DNA of 64,000 nt from Bacteroidia bacterium (GTDB lineage Bacteria; Bacteroidota; Bacteroidia; Chitinophagales; Saprospiraceae). The translations under genes were made by a program, and so were the position numbers. The notes beneath the pieces were generated by a model. The model did not search any database. It saw only the letters and a program-made list of their open reading frames with translations, and had not been told where the DNA came from. Below, piece by piece: positions 47,656 to 56,749 of the stretch (its first letter is position 1; every line of letters starts with the position of its first letter). The stretch lies in the NCBI GenBank assembly GCA_030429045.1, contig JAUIEA010000006.1:3879-67878 (forward strand). Direction: 5' to 3'.

Positions 47656-49815
47656 ATGAGATCGCTGGTCATCCTGTTCTTTCTGCTGGCCCAACTGACT
47701 CCGGGTGTCGGTCAAAACCTTTTCCTGGACAGCCTGCTCCTGGAGTTGGACAAGCCTCTCCACGACACCACACGTGTGCTGACCCTGGCCGACGCGGCCT
47801 GGGAGCTCAAGTTCGACGACCCGGACAAGGCTCGTCATCTCTTGCAGGACGCCATCTGTCTCACCCAGAAGATCGGGTACCTGCGTGGGGAAGCCACCGC
47901 GTTCAACTATTTCGGAGTCCTGGAGACCATCCATGATCGATATGCCGATGCCATCCGGTATTACACCTATGCCCTTCCACTGCGTGAAGCACTGGGCGAC
48001 CGGAAAGGGATGGCCTCCATCTACAACAACCTCGGGAACATCTATGAAAACCAGGGTGAGGGCCTGGATGCCCTGGCCAACTTTCAGCTCTCCCTGAAGA
48101 TCATGGAACAGCTGGGTGATTCATCCCGGATCGCCAGGGCGACCTATAGTATGGCCGTGATCCATGAATCTTTGGGCAACTATCCGGAAGCCCTCAATCA
48201 TCTGTATGATTTTCTTGGCTATGTCGAATCGCAGGATGACAAGGAAGAGATCGCGGCGGGGTACAACCTGATCGGTAATATCAAATCCGAGATCGAACTG
48301 ACCGAGGAGGCCATGACCTGGTATCACAAGGCCCGGATCATCCGGGAGCAACTGGATGATATCTGGTCGCTGGCCATTACCTATCAGAACCTGGGGATCA
48401 CGGAGGACAACCTCGGCGAGCAGTTTCAGGACAAGGACCAGGGCGATTCAGCCATCGTCCATCACCTCCTGGCCCTGGAATGGCTGGACAAGGCCTATGC
48501 CATCTATACTCAGAATGACGATCCGAGCGGGCGAGCAGATATCCTCAATAATCGGGGGGTAGTGGAGAAAAACCTGGGGTCATCCTATTTGCTGAACGGA
48601 GATCGCAAAGCAGCAGAGCAGGCCTGGATCCAGGCCCTGGAGCATCTGGCCGCCTCCCGGGCGATCCGGGAGGAGCTGGGCGATCAGGTAGGGGTGATCG
48701 AAACCCTGAACGGATTGGGGGATGTGGCACGTCGGCAGGGACGATATCGCGATGCATTGAACTATACCAATGCCTATTTCGACCTGGCCACGGCCATCAA
48801 CAACAGCAAGTACATCCGGAATGGCTGGAAGGACCGGGCCCGGGTGTACAAGGCGTTGGGCAGATGGAAAGAAGCTTTCCACAGTCATGAGCAGTATGAG
48901 GAGTTACGCTGGGAGGAATTCAATGACAAGCGGGTCAAGGACTACGAGCGACGGGAAGTGCTGTACGGCGACCTGAAAAAGCAGATCAAGCTGGAAAAGC
49001 AGGAACAGGAGCTCGCATTGCAGGATGCCCGGCTGAGTGAGGCACGCACCCGGCAACGCGCTTTGATGGGCGGCGGACTGGCCCTGGCACTGCTTGCCCT
49101 GTTGTTGTACAATCGCTATCGGATCAAGAATAAGGCGAACAAGGACCTGGCTGAAAAGAATGTCATCATCGATGCCGAACGAAAGAAGTCGGACGACCTT
49201 CTCCTGAATATTCTGCCGGCGACCACCGCCCGCGAATTGAAGGAGACCGGGCGAGCCCGGGCCCGGCATTATGATTCTGTGACTGTCCTGTTTACAGATT
49301 TTTCCGGGTTTACGGCTACGGCAGCAAAGCTTGCACCGGCGGACCTCGTCGAAGAGCTGGACACCTGTTTTCGGGCCTTTGATGCCATTACGGCCCGGCA
49401 CGGGATCGAAAAGATCAAAACGATCGGGGATGCATATCTGTGTGTAGCTGGTCTGCCAGAGGAGCGGGAGCATCACGCCCTGGACGTGGTTCGTGCGGCC
49501 ATGGAGATGCAGGAATGGATGGAGGCGCGAGTCATCGAACTGGAAGGGCAAGGACGTCCATTCTTCCGCATGCGGGCGGGGATCCATACCGGTCCGGTCG
49601 TGGCCGGTGTCGTTGGCGATCGGAAGTTTGCCTATGATATCTGGGGGGATACGGTCAACACCGCAGCCCGGATGGAGAGCAACAGTGAACCGGGGCGGAT
49701 CAATCTGTCCGCTGTGACCTGGGCCCTGGTCAGGGAAGAGATACCCTGCACCCCAAGGGGAGCCATTGAAGCCAAGGGCAAGGGGAAACTGGAAATGTAC
49801 TTTGTGGAAAAATGA
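47656..49815 (+). CDS. TPR-repeat membrane-anchored class III adenylate/guanylate cyclase
   Basis: 719 aa. The order is signal or TM segment, about 8 TPR-like repeats (IYNNLGNIYENQGEGLDAL, TYQNLGITEDNLGE), a coiled coil, a TM segment (LALALLALLLYNRY) and then a cyclase domain (VTVLFTDFSGFTA, IKTIGDAYLCVAG, YDIWGDTVNTAARMES). Confidence 0.85.
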   Translation: MRSLVILFFLLAQLTPGVGQNLFLDSLLLELDKPLHDTTRVLTLADAAWELKFDDPDKARHLLQDAICLTQKIGYLRGEATAFNYFGVLETIHDRYADAIRYYTYALPLREALGDRKGMASIYNNLGNIYENQGEGLDALANFQLSLKIMEQLGDSSRIARATYSMAVIHESLGNYPEALNHLYDFLGYVESQDDKEEIAAGYNLIGNIKSEIELTEEAMTWYHKARIIREQLDDIWSLAITYQNLGITEDNLGEQFQDKDQGDSAIVHHLLALEWLDKAYAIYTQNDDPSGRADILNNRGVVEKNLGSSYLLNGDRKAAEQAWIQALEHLAASRAIREELGDQVGVIETLNGLGDVARRQGRYRDALNYTNAYFDLATAINNSKYIRNGWKDRARVYKALGRWKEAFHSHEQYEELRWEEFNDKRVKDYERREVLYGDLKKQIKLEKQEQELALQDARLSEARTRQRALMGGGLALALLALLLYNRYRIKNKANKDLAEKNVIIDAERKKSDDLLLNILPATTARELKETGRARARHYDSVTVLFTDFSGFTATAAKLAPADLVEELDTCFRAFDAITARHGIEKIKTIGDAYLCVAGLPEEREHHALDVVRAAMEMQEWMEARVIELEGQGRPFFRMRAGIHTGPVVAGVVGDRKFAYDIWGDTVNTAARMESNSEPGRINLSAVTWALVREEIPCTPRGAIEAKGKGKLEMYFVEK

Positions 49816-49863
49816 TGCAGCGAAAGGCAGCAGATGGAAACGTGGCAGCGTTCTAAGAAAAAG

Positions 49864-49960
49864 AAAGGCAGCCCCACCAACAATAACCTTATCAACCTGG
49901 TGCTTTAACCTAGAGCACTATAGAAAAACGGAGTATGAGAAGAAAAGGGGCTGCCTTTTT
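49864..49960 (+). terminator. Long-range stem (12 bp, 71-nt loop with an internal hairpin) followed by T5, downstream of the cyclase gene
   Basis: AAAGGCAGCCCC (49864-49875) pairs perfectly with GGGGCTGCCTTT (49947-49958), followed by TT. The loop contains a GTGCT...AGCAC hairpin. It is either an unusual terminator or a small structured RNA. Confidence 0.35.
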
Positions 49961-50082
49961 AATCTTACACTCAAACGCCCCCTTTCCGTTCCCTCGTATG
50001 CGGATTTTGTTAGAGAAAGATTAAAAAAGGGGGATTTCCGAATATTTCTGGCCTGATCTGACTGCTTTTCCATGGAGATGGG

Positions 50083-50186
50083 AAAGTGGAGGAGGTTATG
50101 CTTTGCCCGCCGAAGCCTTTGCGGAGGTGGGAGGTTATGAGAAAAGTGGAGGAGTGGAGAAGTCGAGGAGGTTATGAGGTTATGGG
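50083..50186. repeat. Purine-rich word-repeat module (GTGGAGGAGGTTATG / GAGGTTATGAG), locus A
   Basis: GTGGAGGAGGTTATG, GGGAGGTTATGAG, GTGGAGGAGTGGAG and GAGGAGGTTATGAGGTTATGG are read directly. The same words recur at 55463-55562. Confidence 0.7.
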
Positions 50187-50500
50187 AAAGAAAGGGTCCT
50201 ATTAGTCAGCCACATGCAATTGAGGGCGCATTCTATTCATCCAACAATCCTGTGAATCCTGATATAGACAATTTGCGGTGTCCGGTATTCGGGTTTCGGA
50301 GTTCGGCCGTTTTAGATATAGATGGTCTGAGGCGGCAATGGACCAGGTTGGCATCCGTAATAACCTCATCCCCGGACAAACCCGCTTCAGCGGGATGTCC
50401 GGATCCAGACATCCCGCAGTGCGGGATCGTCTGGGCTCGCCCCTGCCTGCCGGCAGGCAGGCTTCTCCTTTCCAAGGAGAAAGGGGCACAAACGCTTGGG

Positions 50501-51003
50501 CCCATTACCTTTTACCCATTACCCATTACCGGCTTAGAGGGAGCCTGCTGCCCAAGTGGCGCAACCACTGACGTAACAGGCAAAGGGCGAAGGGCGAACG
50601 GCGAATGGCCGTGTTAACCTCACCCCTAGCCCCTCTCCTTTTCAAGGAGAGGGGAACCTATACGGCTGGGCTTTATACTTGTAGCACTCCCTCGTTTGCT
50701 CCCATTACCTTTTACCCATTACCCATTACCGGCCCAGAGGAAGGCTACTGCCAAGTGGCGCAGCCATTGACGTAACAAGCGAAGGGCGAATGGCGAAGGG
50801 CGAATAGCCGTGTTAACCTCACCCCTAGCCCCTCTCCTTTTCAAGGAGAGGGGAACCTATACGGCTGGGCTTTATACTTGTAGCACTCCCTCGTTTGGGC
50901 CCATTACCTTTTACCCTTTACCCATGACCGGCCCAGAGGAAGGCTACTGCCAAGTGGCGCAGCCATTGACGTAACAAGCGAAGGGCGAATGGCGAAGGGC
51001 GAT
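50501..51003. repeat. Composite ~200-bp intergenic repeat unit, 2.5 tandem copies (locus A)
   Basis: Copies start at 50501, 50701 and 50900. The unit order is (CCCATTACC/CCTTTTACC)n, an AGTGGCGC.GCCACT hairpin, (GCGAAGGG/GCGAATGG)n, GTTAACCTCACCCCTAG, the 11-bp hairpin CCCCTCTCCTT-TTC-AAGGAGAGGGG, then TATACGGCTGGGCTTTATACTTGTAGCACTCCCTCGTTTG. Confidence 0.85.
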
Positions 51004-51009
51004 TTCTAC

Positions 51010-53904
51010 CTACTCCGCCACGACAATCCTCCCAGCACATACACCTCCACGTTCATCCGTGATCCGGAAGAAGTACATACCTCCAGCCAAACCATGACGC
51101 TGGAACACAAATTCATTTCCAAGGAAGGTTGATGTTCGGATGATCCGCCCAGACAGGTCGGTTAACTCGAACTGCTTTGCGCCTTCGCTTATAGCAGGAC
51201 CCTTGAACAAGGCAGATTCACCCATAGGGTTTCCCCAAACAGTCCAGGAAGCCAGACCGGCTGTTGGCGTAGCGATCTGGACCAGCAGCTCGCCGATGGT
51301 ATGGGTGACGACATTGGTGGTGATCGGCGGATTGAAATCAAACACGATGTCTGCCGTATTCTGAATGATGGTACCATTGGGCAGGTCGGGGAGTTGATCG
51401 ATGGTAAACGTCACAAAACCCTTCGACCCTTCCTGACTGGCCGCACTGTCTGGCAGAGCGATGGGCTGAAAAAGAAACTCCAGGGTGTCATTTCCATAGA
51501 TCTGCCAGGTATAATCGTGAGTCGCATAAAGCGGTCGGAAGGAAGACACGTCCAACTGAGCTGGAAGGACATCCCGGATCAGCACTCGATAGGCCGTATC
51601 TGTGCCTGTATTCTGAAAATCAATGGTGTACTGAATGGGGCGATTGGCGACCATCAAATGCTCGGGACCCACACCGGTCGGCACCGCCGACTTTTCATTG
51701 GGATCATAAGCCAGACGTACTTCCCGACAATCCATATCATAGGCCGCCTCACCCTGATCGACCCAGTAAGCGTTGATCAATCCGGGGTTCAATCCTCCAC
51801 ATCCTTCGATGGCTGCTGCAGTCAACGTGCCATCATCAAATTTGGTGGCTTCCATCCGGAAGGTAGAACCATCCGCCTGCACCTGGACGGTCATCTGTTG
51901 CATGGGATTGAGGGTAAAGGGAGCCATTTTCAGGATGACTTCATCTTCGATGATGAAATAGTCATGATCATTCATGGTCGGTGCATCCCCGATATTGGTC
52001 AATGTAAATTCCACCAGAGTATCACCTATGCATTCCGGATGGATGGTGATGATTGACCCGATGGGTGGATCGGGATCACAGGGATTATCAAGTGTAGCAA
52101 AGGCCTCAACACATAAGGTCTGACCCAGTAGAAAAGTATCGCATTTTGTTTTAACGATCAGATCGATGTCCGCTCGTTCGAAGATGTCCAAATCACCCAG
52201 GGCATAAAAGAGCGTGTCACCATTCGTCCAGGCGGGTGAAGGATTGGAAGATACGACATCCATCTCAACCATTGGAATCACAATTGAAGCGATGCTGTTT
52301 TCAGCGAGGATAGTTCCAATATTTTGGACGGATACTGAAACTGGGGTTTCTAGCAGGCAATTACGAAAAAATGATGGCAAAGCCAGATCAATTATCAATT
52401 CTGGACAATCACCTAAAGGCAACAATCGGAAGGAAATAGGAATTGTGTCTAAATATAAACTTGTATTTACGAAAATAGAATCCTCGCAGAATTTCCAATT
52501 CTTAAACAATTGATTACTTATTGTGACAAGTAAAGTTTCATTATTTTTAAAATACCCAAAGCAAGGAGAACCGAATTGGCAACCAAAATTATACAAATCT
52601 CCATCTGTTTCTACTGTATAATTAAAAGAATAAATCTCTATAATGGGAAGAGAATTGCAATCACTATATTCCAAAAGTTCAACTTTAGGTAATAAAATCT
52701 TGCCTCCACAAGATGTAGCCACCACGCCGCTTTCAAGACACTTATCATAATTATTCGATATCAACATCAAATCATTATTTTCAAACAATTTATCACAAAC
52801 AGCATCGATCGAACAATAAGAAAGCTTGGGATTGTACTTAATCTCAGATACATTGCCCCCTATTTCAACTAAAGCCTCAAGACCACCCAAAGTCTCTAGA
52901 TCAGGATTATAAGTTATTGACATTGATCCAATTGACTTTAGTGCATCCAATCCGTTCAAACTTTTTATATCACTACACTTATATATCCTTAAACTCCCCT
53001 TTATCTCTTGCAGTGAACTCAACCCAGATAGACTAATTATTTCACTATTTGAAATATTAAAGCCTAAAGAACCAATTCGATTTAGTTTAGGTAAAAAGTT
53101 CAGCGTATCAATTTTCACATAAATTAATGACAAATCCAGTATTAACTCATATAACGATTCAAAAGAACTTTCTTTAAAGTCTATCTCTGAATTCGTAAAT
53201 GCCAGCTCAAAACAGGTCTCCAACTGACCAAATCCAGATAATGAAATCTTTGAATCAGTGAAATTTGACCCTGTAATATTTATTAGATCAGCATTCTTCA
53301 AAGAATCAAATGCTGCAATTATTCCTCCACTTGGCAAAGAAATATTAAGCACATCCCACATGTTTTTCAAACGATTGAATCCAACTATTTCAGTCCCCGA
53401 AAGGGAGGAACCTGCCAATAAAGACTGTAATTGATTAAATCCAATAATTTTTCCATTTGTTGCACTAATTTGGAGTCCACCTCCAACATGCTTTAATTTA
53501 TCAAAGGGGTATACACCCACTCCAAAATTGTGGTTAATTATTAAATTTCCTGCAACAGTTTCCAAACTCGGTAAATTGAATACATCGACAACGGGAGAAA
53601 CATTTATCACAATTGAGCCCATAACATCAACAATCCCATCCAATCCGGAGTAATTATTGAAACTTCCAAAAATTGATAGATTCCCTCCAAACCTCTTTAT
53701 TGATGACAATCCATCCAAGTTTAAATAGTTTCCATTATTTATCACCACATCCCCCTCAATCTCGGTACACCCCGGATAATTGATCGGAAAGGAGTCGATC
53801 TGCCCCTGGGTGGTGAATGTGATGCCATCCGGCAAACAGGATTGTGCCTCAGATGAGAACAGGAAGGTGAGCAAGAATACAAGGGTCAGGAGCAGGGATT
53901 TCAT
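51010..53904 (-). CDS. Large T9SS-secreted protein: LRR/receptor-L-like N-terminal repeats, a conserved pre-CTD Ig-like module and a T9SS sorting domain
   Basis: Starts at MKSLLLTLVFLLTFLFSSEAQ; the ORF-track frame opens at 53946. The N-terminal ~480 aa have LRR-like periodicity (SLNGLDALKSIGSMSITYNPDLETLGGLEALVEIGG). Near the C-terminus, YDPNEKSA...IQYTIDFQNTGTDTAYRVLIRD...FDFNPPITTN is a module common before T9SS CTDs. The C-terminus is GMYFFRITDERGGVCAGRIVV. Confidence 0.75.
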   Translation of the reverse strand: MKSLLLTLVFLLTFLFSSEAQSCLPDGITFTTQGQIDSFPINYPGCTEIEGDVVINNGNYLNLDGLSSIKRFGGNLSIFGSFNNYSGLDGIVDVMGSIVINVSPVVDVFNLPSLETVAGNLIINHNFGVGVYPFDKLKHVGGGLQISATNGKIIGFNQLQSLLAGSSLSGTEIVGFNRLKNMWDVLNISLPSGGIIAAFDSLKNADLINITGSNFTDSKISLSGFGQLETCFELAFTNSEIDFKESSFESLYELILDLSLIYVKIDTLNFLPKLNRIGSLGFNISNSEIISLSGLSSLQEIKGSLRIYKCSDIKSLNGLDALKSIGSMSITYNPDLETLGGLEALVEIGGNVSEIKYNPKLSYCSIDAVCDKLFENNDLMLISNNYDKCLESGVVATSCGGKILLPKVELLEYSDCNSLPIIEIYSFNYTVETDGDLYNFGCQFGSPCFGYFKNNETLLVTISNQLFKNWKFCEDSIFVNTSLYLDTIPISFRLLPLGDCPELIIDLALPSFFRNCLLETPVSVSVQNIGTILAENSIASIVIPMVEMDVVSSNPSPAWTNGDTLFYALGDLDIFERADIDLIVKTKCDTFLLGQTLCVEAFATLDNPCDPDPPIGSIITIHPECIGDTLVEFTLTNIGDAPTMNDHDYFIIEDEVILKMAPFTLNPMQQMTVQVQADGSTFRMEATKFDDGTLTAAAIEGCGGLNPGLINAYWVDQGEAAYDMDCREVRLAYDPNEKSAVPTGVGPEHLMVANRPIQYTIDFQNTGTDTAYRVLIRDVLPAQLDVSSFRPLYATHDYTWQIYGNDTLEFLFQPIALPDSAASQEGSKGFVTFTIDQLPDLPNGTIIQNTADIVFDFNPPITTNVVTHTIGELLVQIATPTAGLASWTVWGNPMGESALFKGPAISEGAKQFELTDLSGRIIRTSTFLGNEFVFQRHGLAGGMYFFRITDERGGVCAGRIVVAE

Positions 53905-54058
53905 GGTCAACAGATTTTGAATCATCGATCTTTCCCAAAGATGCAACGATATAGGTTCTCAGAACAAGGACAAAATACATCACTTGTCAGCTATTTTATA
54001 GTTATAATTATCACTATTCACTTGTTATTCAATAGAATATGCAATATCTTGTCGAATC

Positions 54059-55462
54059 ATGAAAAGCAGTCTGCTCTACAAATACTGGTCAGAACTCCCT
54101 GAATCGACCCAACAACAGGTCGCCCAGGCAGCACAATCCCCTCTGTTTAACAATCGGGAGGATGTCAGCCAACTGATCGACCTGTTGATCAGCGGTCCAC
54201 CACCCACTAAAGAAGCCGCCTGGAAGGTGGTTTACAAGGAAACTCATCCACCCTACCACGACGGGAAGTTTCGCCACCTGATGAGCTACACCCTGGACCT
54301 GATCCGGGAGACCATGGCCTTTTTGGAAATACGCGACCAGGACAGATTGGTGCACATGCAACTCCTGCAATCCATGAAGCGAATGGGTATGCACACTTTG
54401 ATGGACAAGGAGATCACCCATGCCAGGACCCTCCTGGAGAAATTGACCGATCGAAGCGCGACTCATTTTCGTGAAAAAGTAGACCTCGAAGCCCTGATCT
54501 TTGATCACAACCGCATGCTGCGTCGCGAACGTACGGATCATTCCAGCCAGCTTTTTGATGACTTCGGCACTATGGTCGCGATCATCAGCCTACAGCAGGG
54601 GTGCACCAAATTGGCCCAGGCCTCCTTCTTCCCTTCCGACAGCACCATCCCCTACCTGGAGGAAACGGTCCGCCTGATCGAAGAAGGTCAATTCGCCGAC
54701 AGCCCCGCAGTTACCACCTGGTATGCCAGCTACCAGGCTCTCTCCGAACCCGACAACCGTGAGCGATTCCTTCAACTGAAGGAATGTATCGCCAAACATG
54801 CCCCTCTGTTCCCAGAAGAAGAATTACGAGACCTCTACATCCTCGCATTGAATGTGTGCATCCGCAGGATCAATGCCTCCGACAAAGCCTATATCCGGGA
54901 AGCCTTTACCATCTATCAGGCCGGGTTGAAGGCCGGCGTCTTCCTGGAAAACGGGCATCTCTCCAAATTCACGTATCGCAATGTGTTGAACATTGCCCTG
55001 GCCCTGGAGGAATGGGTCTGGGCAAAGGCCTACCTGGAAGAATACCGGCCCTATCTGCCACCCCGTGAACAGGAACAGATCTACACCTATAACCTGGCCA
55101 CCTATTATTTCCGCAAACAGGACTATGATGATGCCCTGACCCTGCTACGCGATGCCAAGGTCAGCGAGACACTGGAACAGTTTGATGTGCGTAGAATGAT
55201 GGTCCGCATCTATTATGATCGGAACGAAATCCAGGCCCTGGACTCATTACTGGACAGTTTCGACATCTATTTGCGGCGACACAAAAAAGGCGGCTATCAT
55301 CGAAAGATGTTCATCAATATGGTGCGGATCATGCGAAGCCTGATCACCCCCAGAGGCGACATGGACCAGCACAAACAGAAACTCCTGGCCCGCATCGAAA
55401 AAACGGAATATCTCGCTGAGCGGGAATGGCTGAGAAGTTTGGTGGCTCAGGAGGGAGTATAG
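54059..55462 (+). CDS. Hypothetical all-helical protein (TPR-like C-terminal half)
   Basis: 467 aa with no signal peptide. The composition predicts helices, and one TPR-like repeat is visible (YNLATYYFRKQDYDDALTLLRDA). No family recognised. Confidence 0.6.
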   Translation: MKSSLLYKYWSELPESTQQQVAQAAQSPLFNNREDVSQLIDLLISGPPPTKEAAWKVVYKETHPPYHDGKFRHLMSYTLDLIRETMAFLEIRDQDRLVHMQLLQSMKRMGMHTLMDKEITHARTLLEKLTDRSATHFREKVDLEALIFDHNRMLRRERTDHSSQLFDDFGTMVAIISLQQGCTKLAQASFFPSDSTIPYLEETVRLIEEGQFADSPAVTTWYASYQALSEPDNRERFLQLKECIAKHAPLFPEEELRDLYILALNVCIRRINASDKAYIREAFTIYQAGLKAGVFLENGHLSKFTYRNVLNIALALEEWVWAKAYLEEYRPYLPPREQEQIYTYNLATYYFRKQDYDDALTLLRDAKVSETLEQFDVRRMMVRIYYDRNEIQALDSLLDSFDIYLRRHKKGGYHRKMFINMVRIMRSLITPRGDMDQHKQKLLARIEKTEYLAEREWLRSLVAQEGV

Positions 55463-55562
55463 GAGTTGAGGAGGTTATGAGTTAAGTGGAGGAGTGGAGG
55501 AGGTTATGAGGTTATGAGTTACGTGGAGAAATCGAGGAGAAAAGTTATTGGAGTTATGGAGA
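55463..55562. repeat. Purine-rich word-repeat module (GAGGAGGTTATGAG), locus B
   Basis: It starts immediately after the stop at 55462 with GAGTTGAGGAGGTTATGAGTTAAGTGGAGGAGTGGAGGAGGTTATGAGGTTATGAGTTACGTGGAG... Confidence 0.7.
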
Positions 55563-55586
55563 TGCGGCGACATCTGCCTTCCATGT

Positions 55587-55986
55587 CAAGCCCTGAAGGG
55601 GCGAAATCTCGCAGCCCCAGGCATCGCCTGGGATAATTCAGTACCCTGTTCCAAGCCCTGAAGGGGCGCAATAAGACACTCTCGATCGGAGATGCGCCGG
55701 TGCTGTGTTGTTGAAATCGCGGTGGGTCAATCGGGGGGTCAGATTTCGGTGTTCTGCCAAGGTGGCGAAAACCACTGACGCGCCCTGCGAAGGGCGAACA
55801 GCGTTTCTAAGAGCGGGAATTGATTCCGCCACTGTATAGAGGCGTCTCTTCGGTTTCAATTCCGTTCAAAGTTGTTTTGTCACCCTGTTTGCGGTGCCGG
55901 CAAACATGTCGCCAAAACAGAGTTCTCCATTCATTCAAACCCCGGGTTTAAACCCGGGGCTATTGTATTGGACCCCTACAGGGTCC
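55587..55986. repeat. Array of short perfect palindromes/hairpin words (locus B)
   Basis: CAAGCCCTGAAGGGGCG occurs twice (55587, 55652). CCCAGGC-ATC-GCCTGGG is at 55616-55632. TGTTTGC...GCAAACA is at 55886-55906. The 20-bp perfect palindrome CCCCGGGTTTAAACCCGGGG is at 55940-55959. GGACCC-CTACA-GGGTCC is at 55970-55986. Confidence 0.75.
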
Positions 55987-56020
55987 TCCTTGCTTCGGAG
56001 TAGAGGGCCTTACTGTTGGG

Positions 56021-56335
56021 CCCTTTACCCATCACCTTTTACCCATTACCTGCTTAAAGGAAGCCAACTGCCAGAGTGGCGCCAGCCACTGACGTGCTCA
56101 GGCGAATGGCCCCGAGGACTCGGGGGCGAAGGGCCGTGTTAACCTCACCCCTAGCCCCTCTCCTTTCAAGGAGAGGGGAACCTATACGGCTGGGCTTTAT
56201 ACTTGTAGCACTCCCTCGTTTGGGCCCATTACCTTTTACCCTTTACCCATTACCGGCTTAGAGGGAGCCTGCTGCCAGAGTGGCCCGAGCCACTGACGTA
56301 ACAAGCGAAGGGCGAAGGGCGAATGGCGAATAGCG
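56021..56335. repeat. Composite ~200-bp repeat unit, 1.5 copies (locus B)
   Basis: Same module order as 50501-51003, with copies starting at 56021 and 56224. It ends 3 nt before the stop of the minus-strand DUF962 gene. Confidence 0.85.
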
Positions 56336-56338
56336 TTT

Positions 56339-56674
56339 TCACCCCACAATCTTCTTCGCCTCTTCCATCTTCCTGGGAAGCTGGCCGGTGAGGATATGCC
56401 AGAACATAATAAAGTCGGAGATCAGACTGAAAGCCGGGTAGGTGAAGGTGGCCGGCTTGTTCTTCTCAAAAAAGAAGTGCCCCACCCAGGCAAACCCGTA
56501 TCCGCAAATGGGGACCAGGGCGATCAACCAGCCTGGCCCGACGAACATGCCAAAAAAGAACAGGGCAATCAAGCCCGCGGTGCCGATAAAATGCAGGGCC
56601 CGACTGGTCGGGTGCTGGTGCTCAGTGAGGTAGTAGGGGTAGAACTCCTTGAGAGTGGTGTATTTTTTTGGCAT
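56339..56674 (-). CDS. DUF962 (Mpo1-like) membrane protein
   Basis: 111 aa. The N-terminus LKEFYPYYLTEHQHPTSRALHFIGT matches the DUF962 pattern, and two TM helices follow. Confidence 0.7.
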   Translation of the reverse strand: MPKKYTTLKEFYPYYLTEHQHPTSRALHFIGTAGLIALFFFGMFVGPGWLIALVPICGYGFAWVGHFFFEKNKPATFTYPAFSLISDFIMFWHILTGQLPRKMEEAKKIVG

Positions 56675-56749
56675 GATTTTGACTTGGTGGGACGAATTTA
56701 AAACGAAGTCAACATGTTAGTAGTATTTCCAGCCAAGTTTTCACCTTTG

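Noticed and set aside
50501-50610. Idea that the C/T-rich (CCCATTACC) and G/A-rich (GCGAATGG) runs pair into one long hairpin around the central stem
   Set aside because: A hand alignment of one arm with the reverse complement of the other gave only about 13 of 22 matches in short 5-nt blocks. That is not convincing without a folding calculation.
50174-50617. ORFs lying entirely inside the repeat loci: 50174-50617, 50202-50505, 55638-55859, 55894-56142 and 56076-56261
   Set aside because: They are translations of palindromic or tandem repeat words (for example PGLNPGLLYWTPTGS from CCCCGGGTTTAAACCCGGGG) and read open on both strands. They are not credible genes.
50501-51003. Possibility that the tandem repeats are a CRISPR array
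   Set aside because: The whole ~200-bp period is repeated, with no unique spacers. There is no 25-40-bp direct-repeat/spacer alternation, and no cas genes lie nearby.
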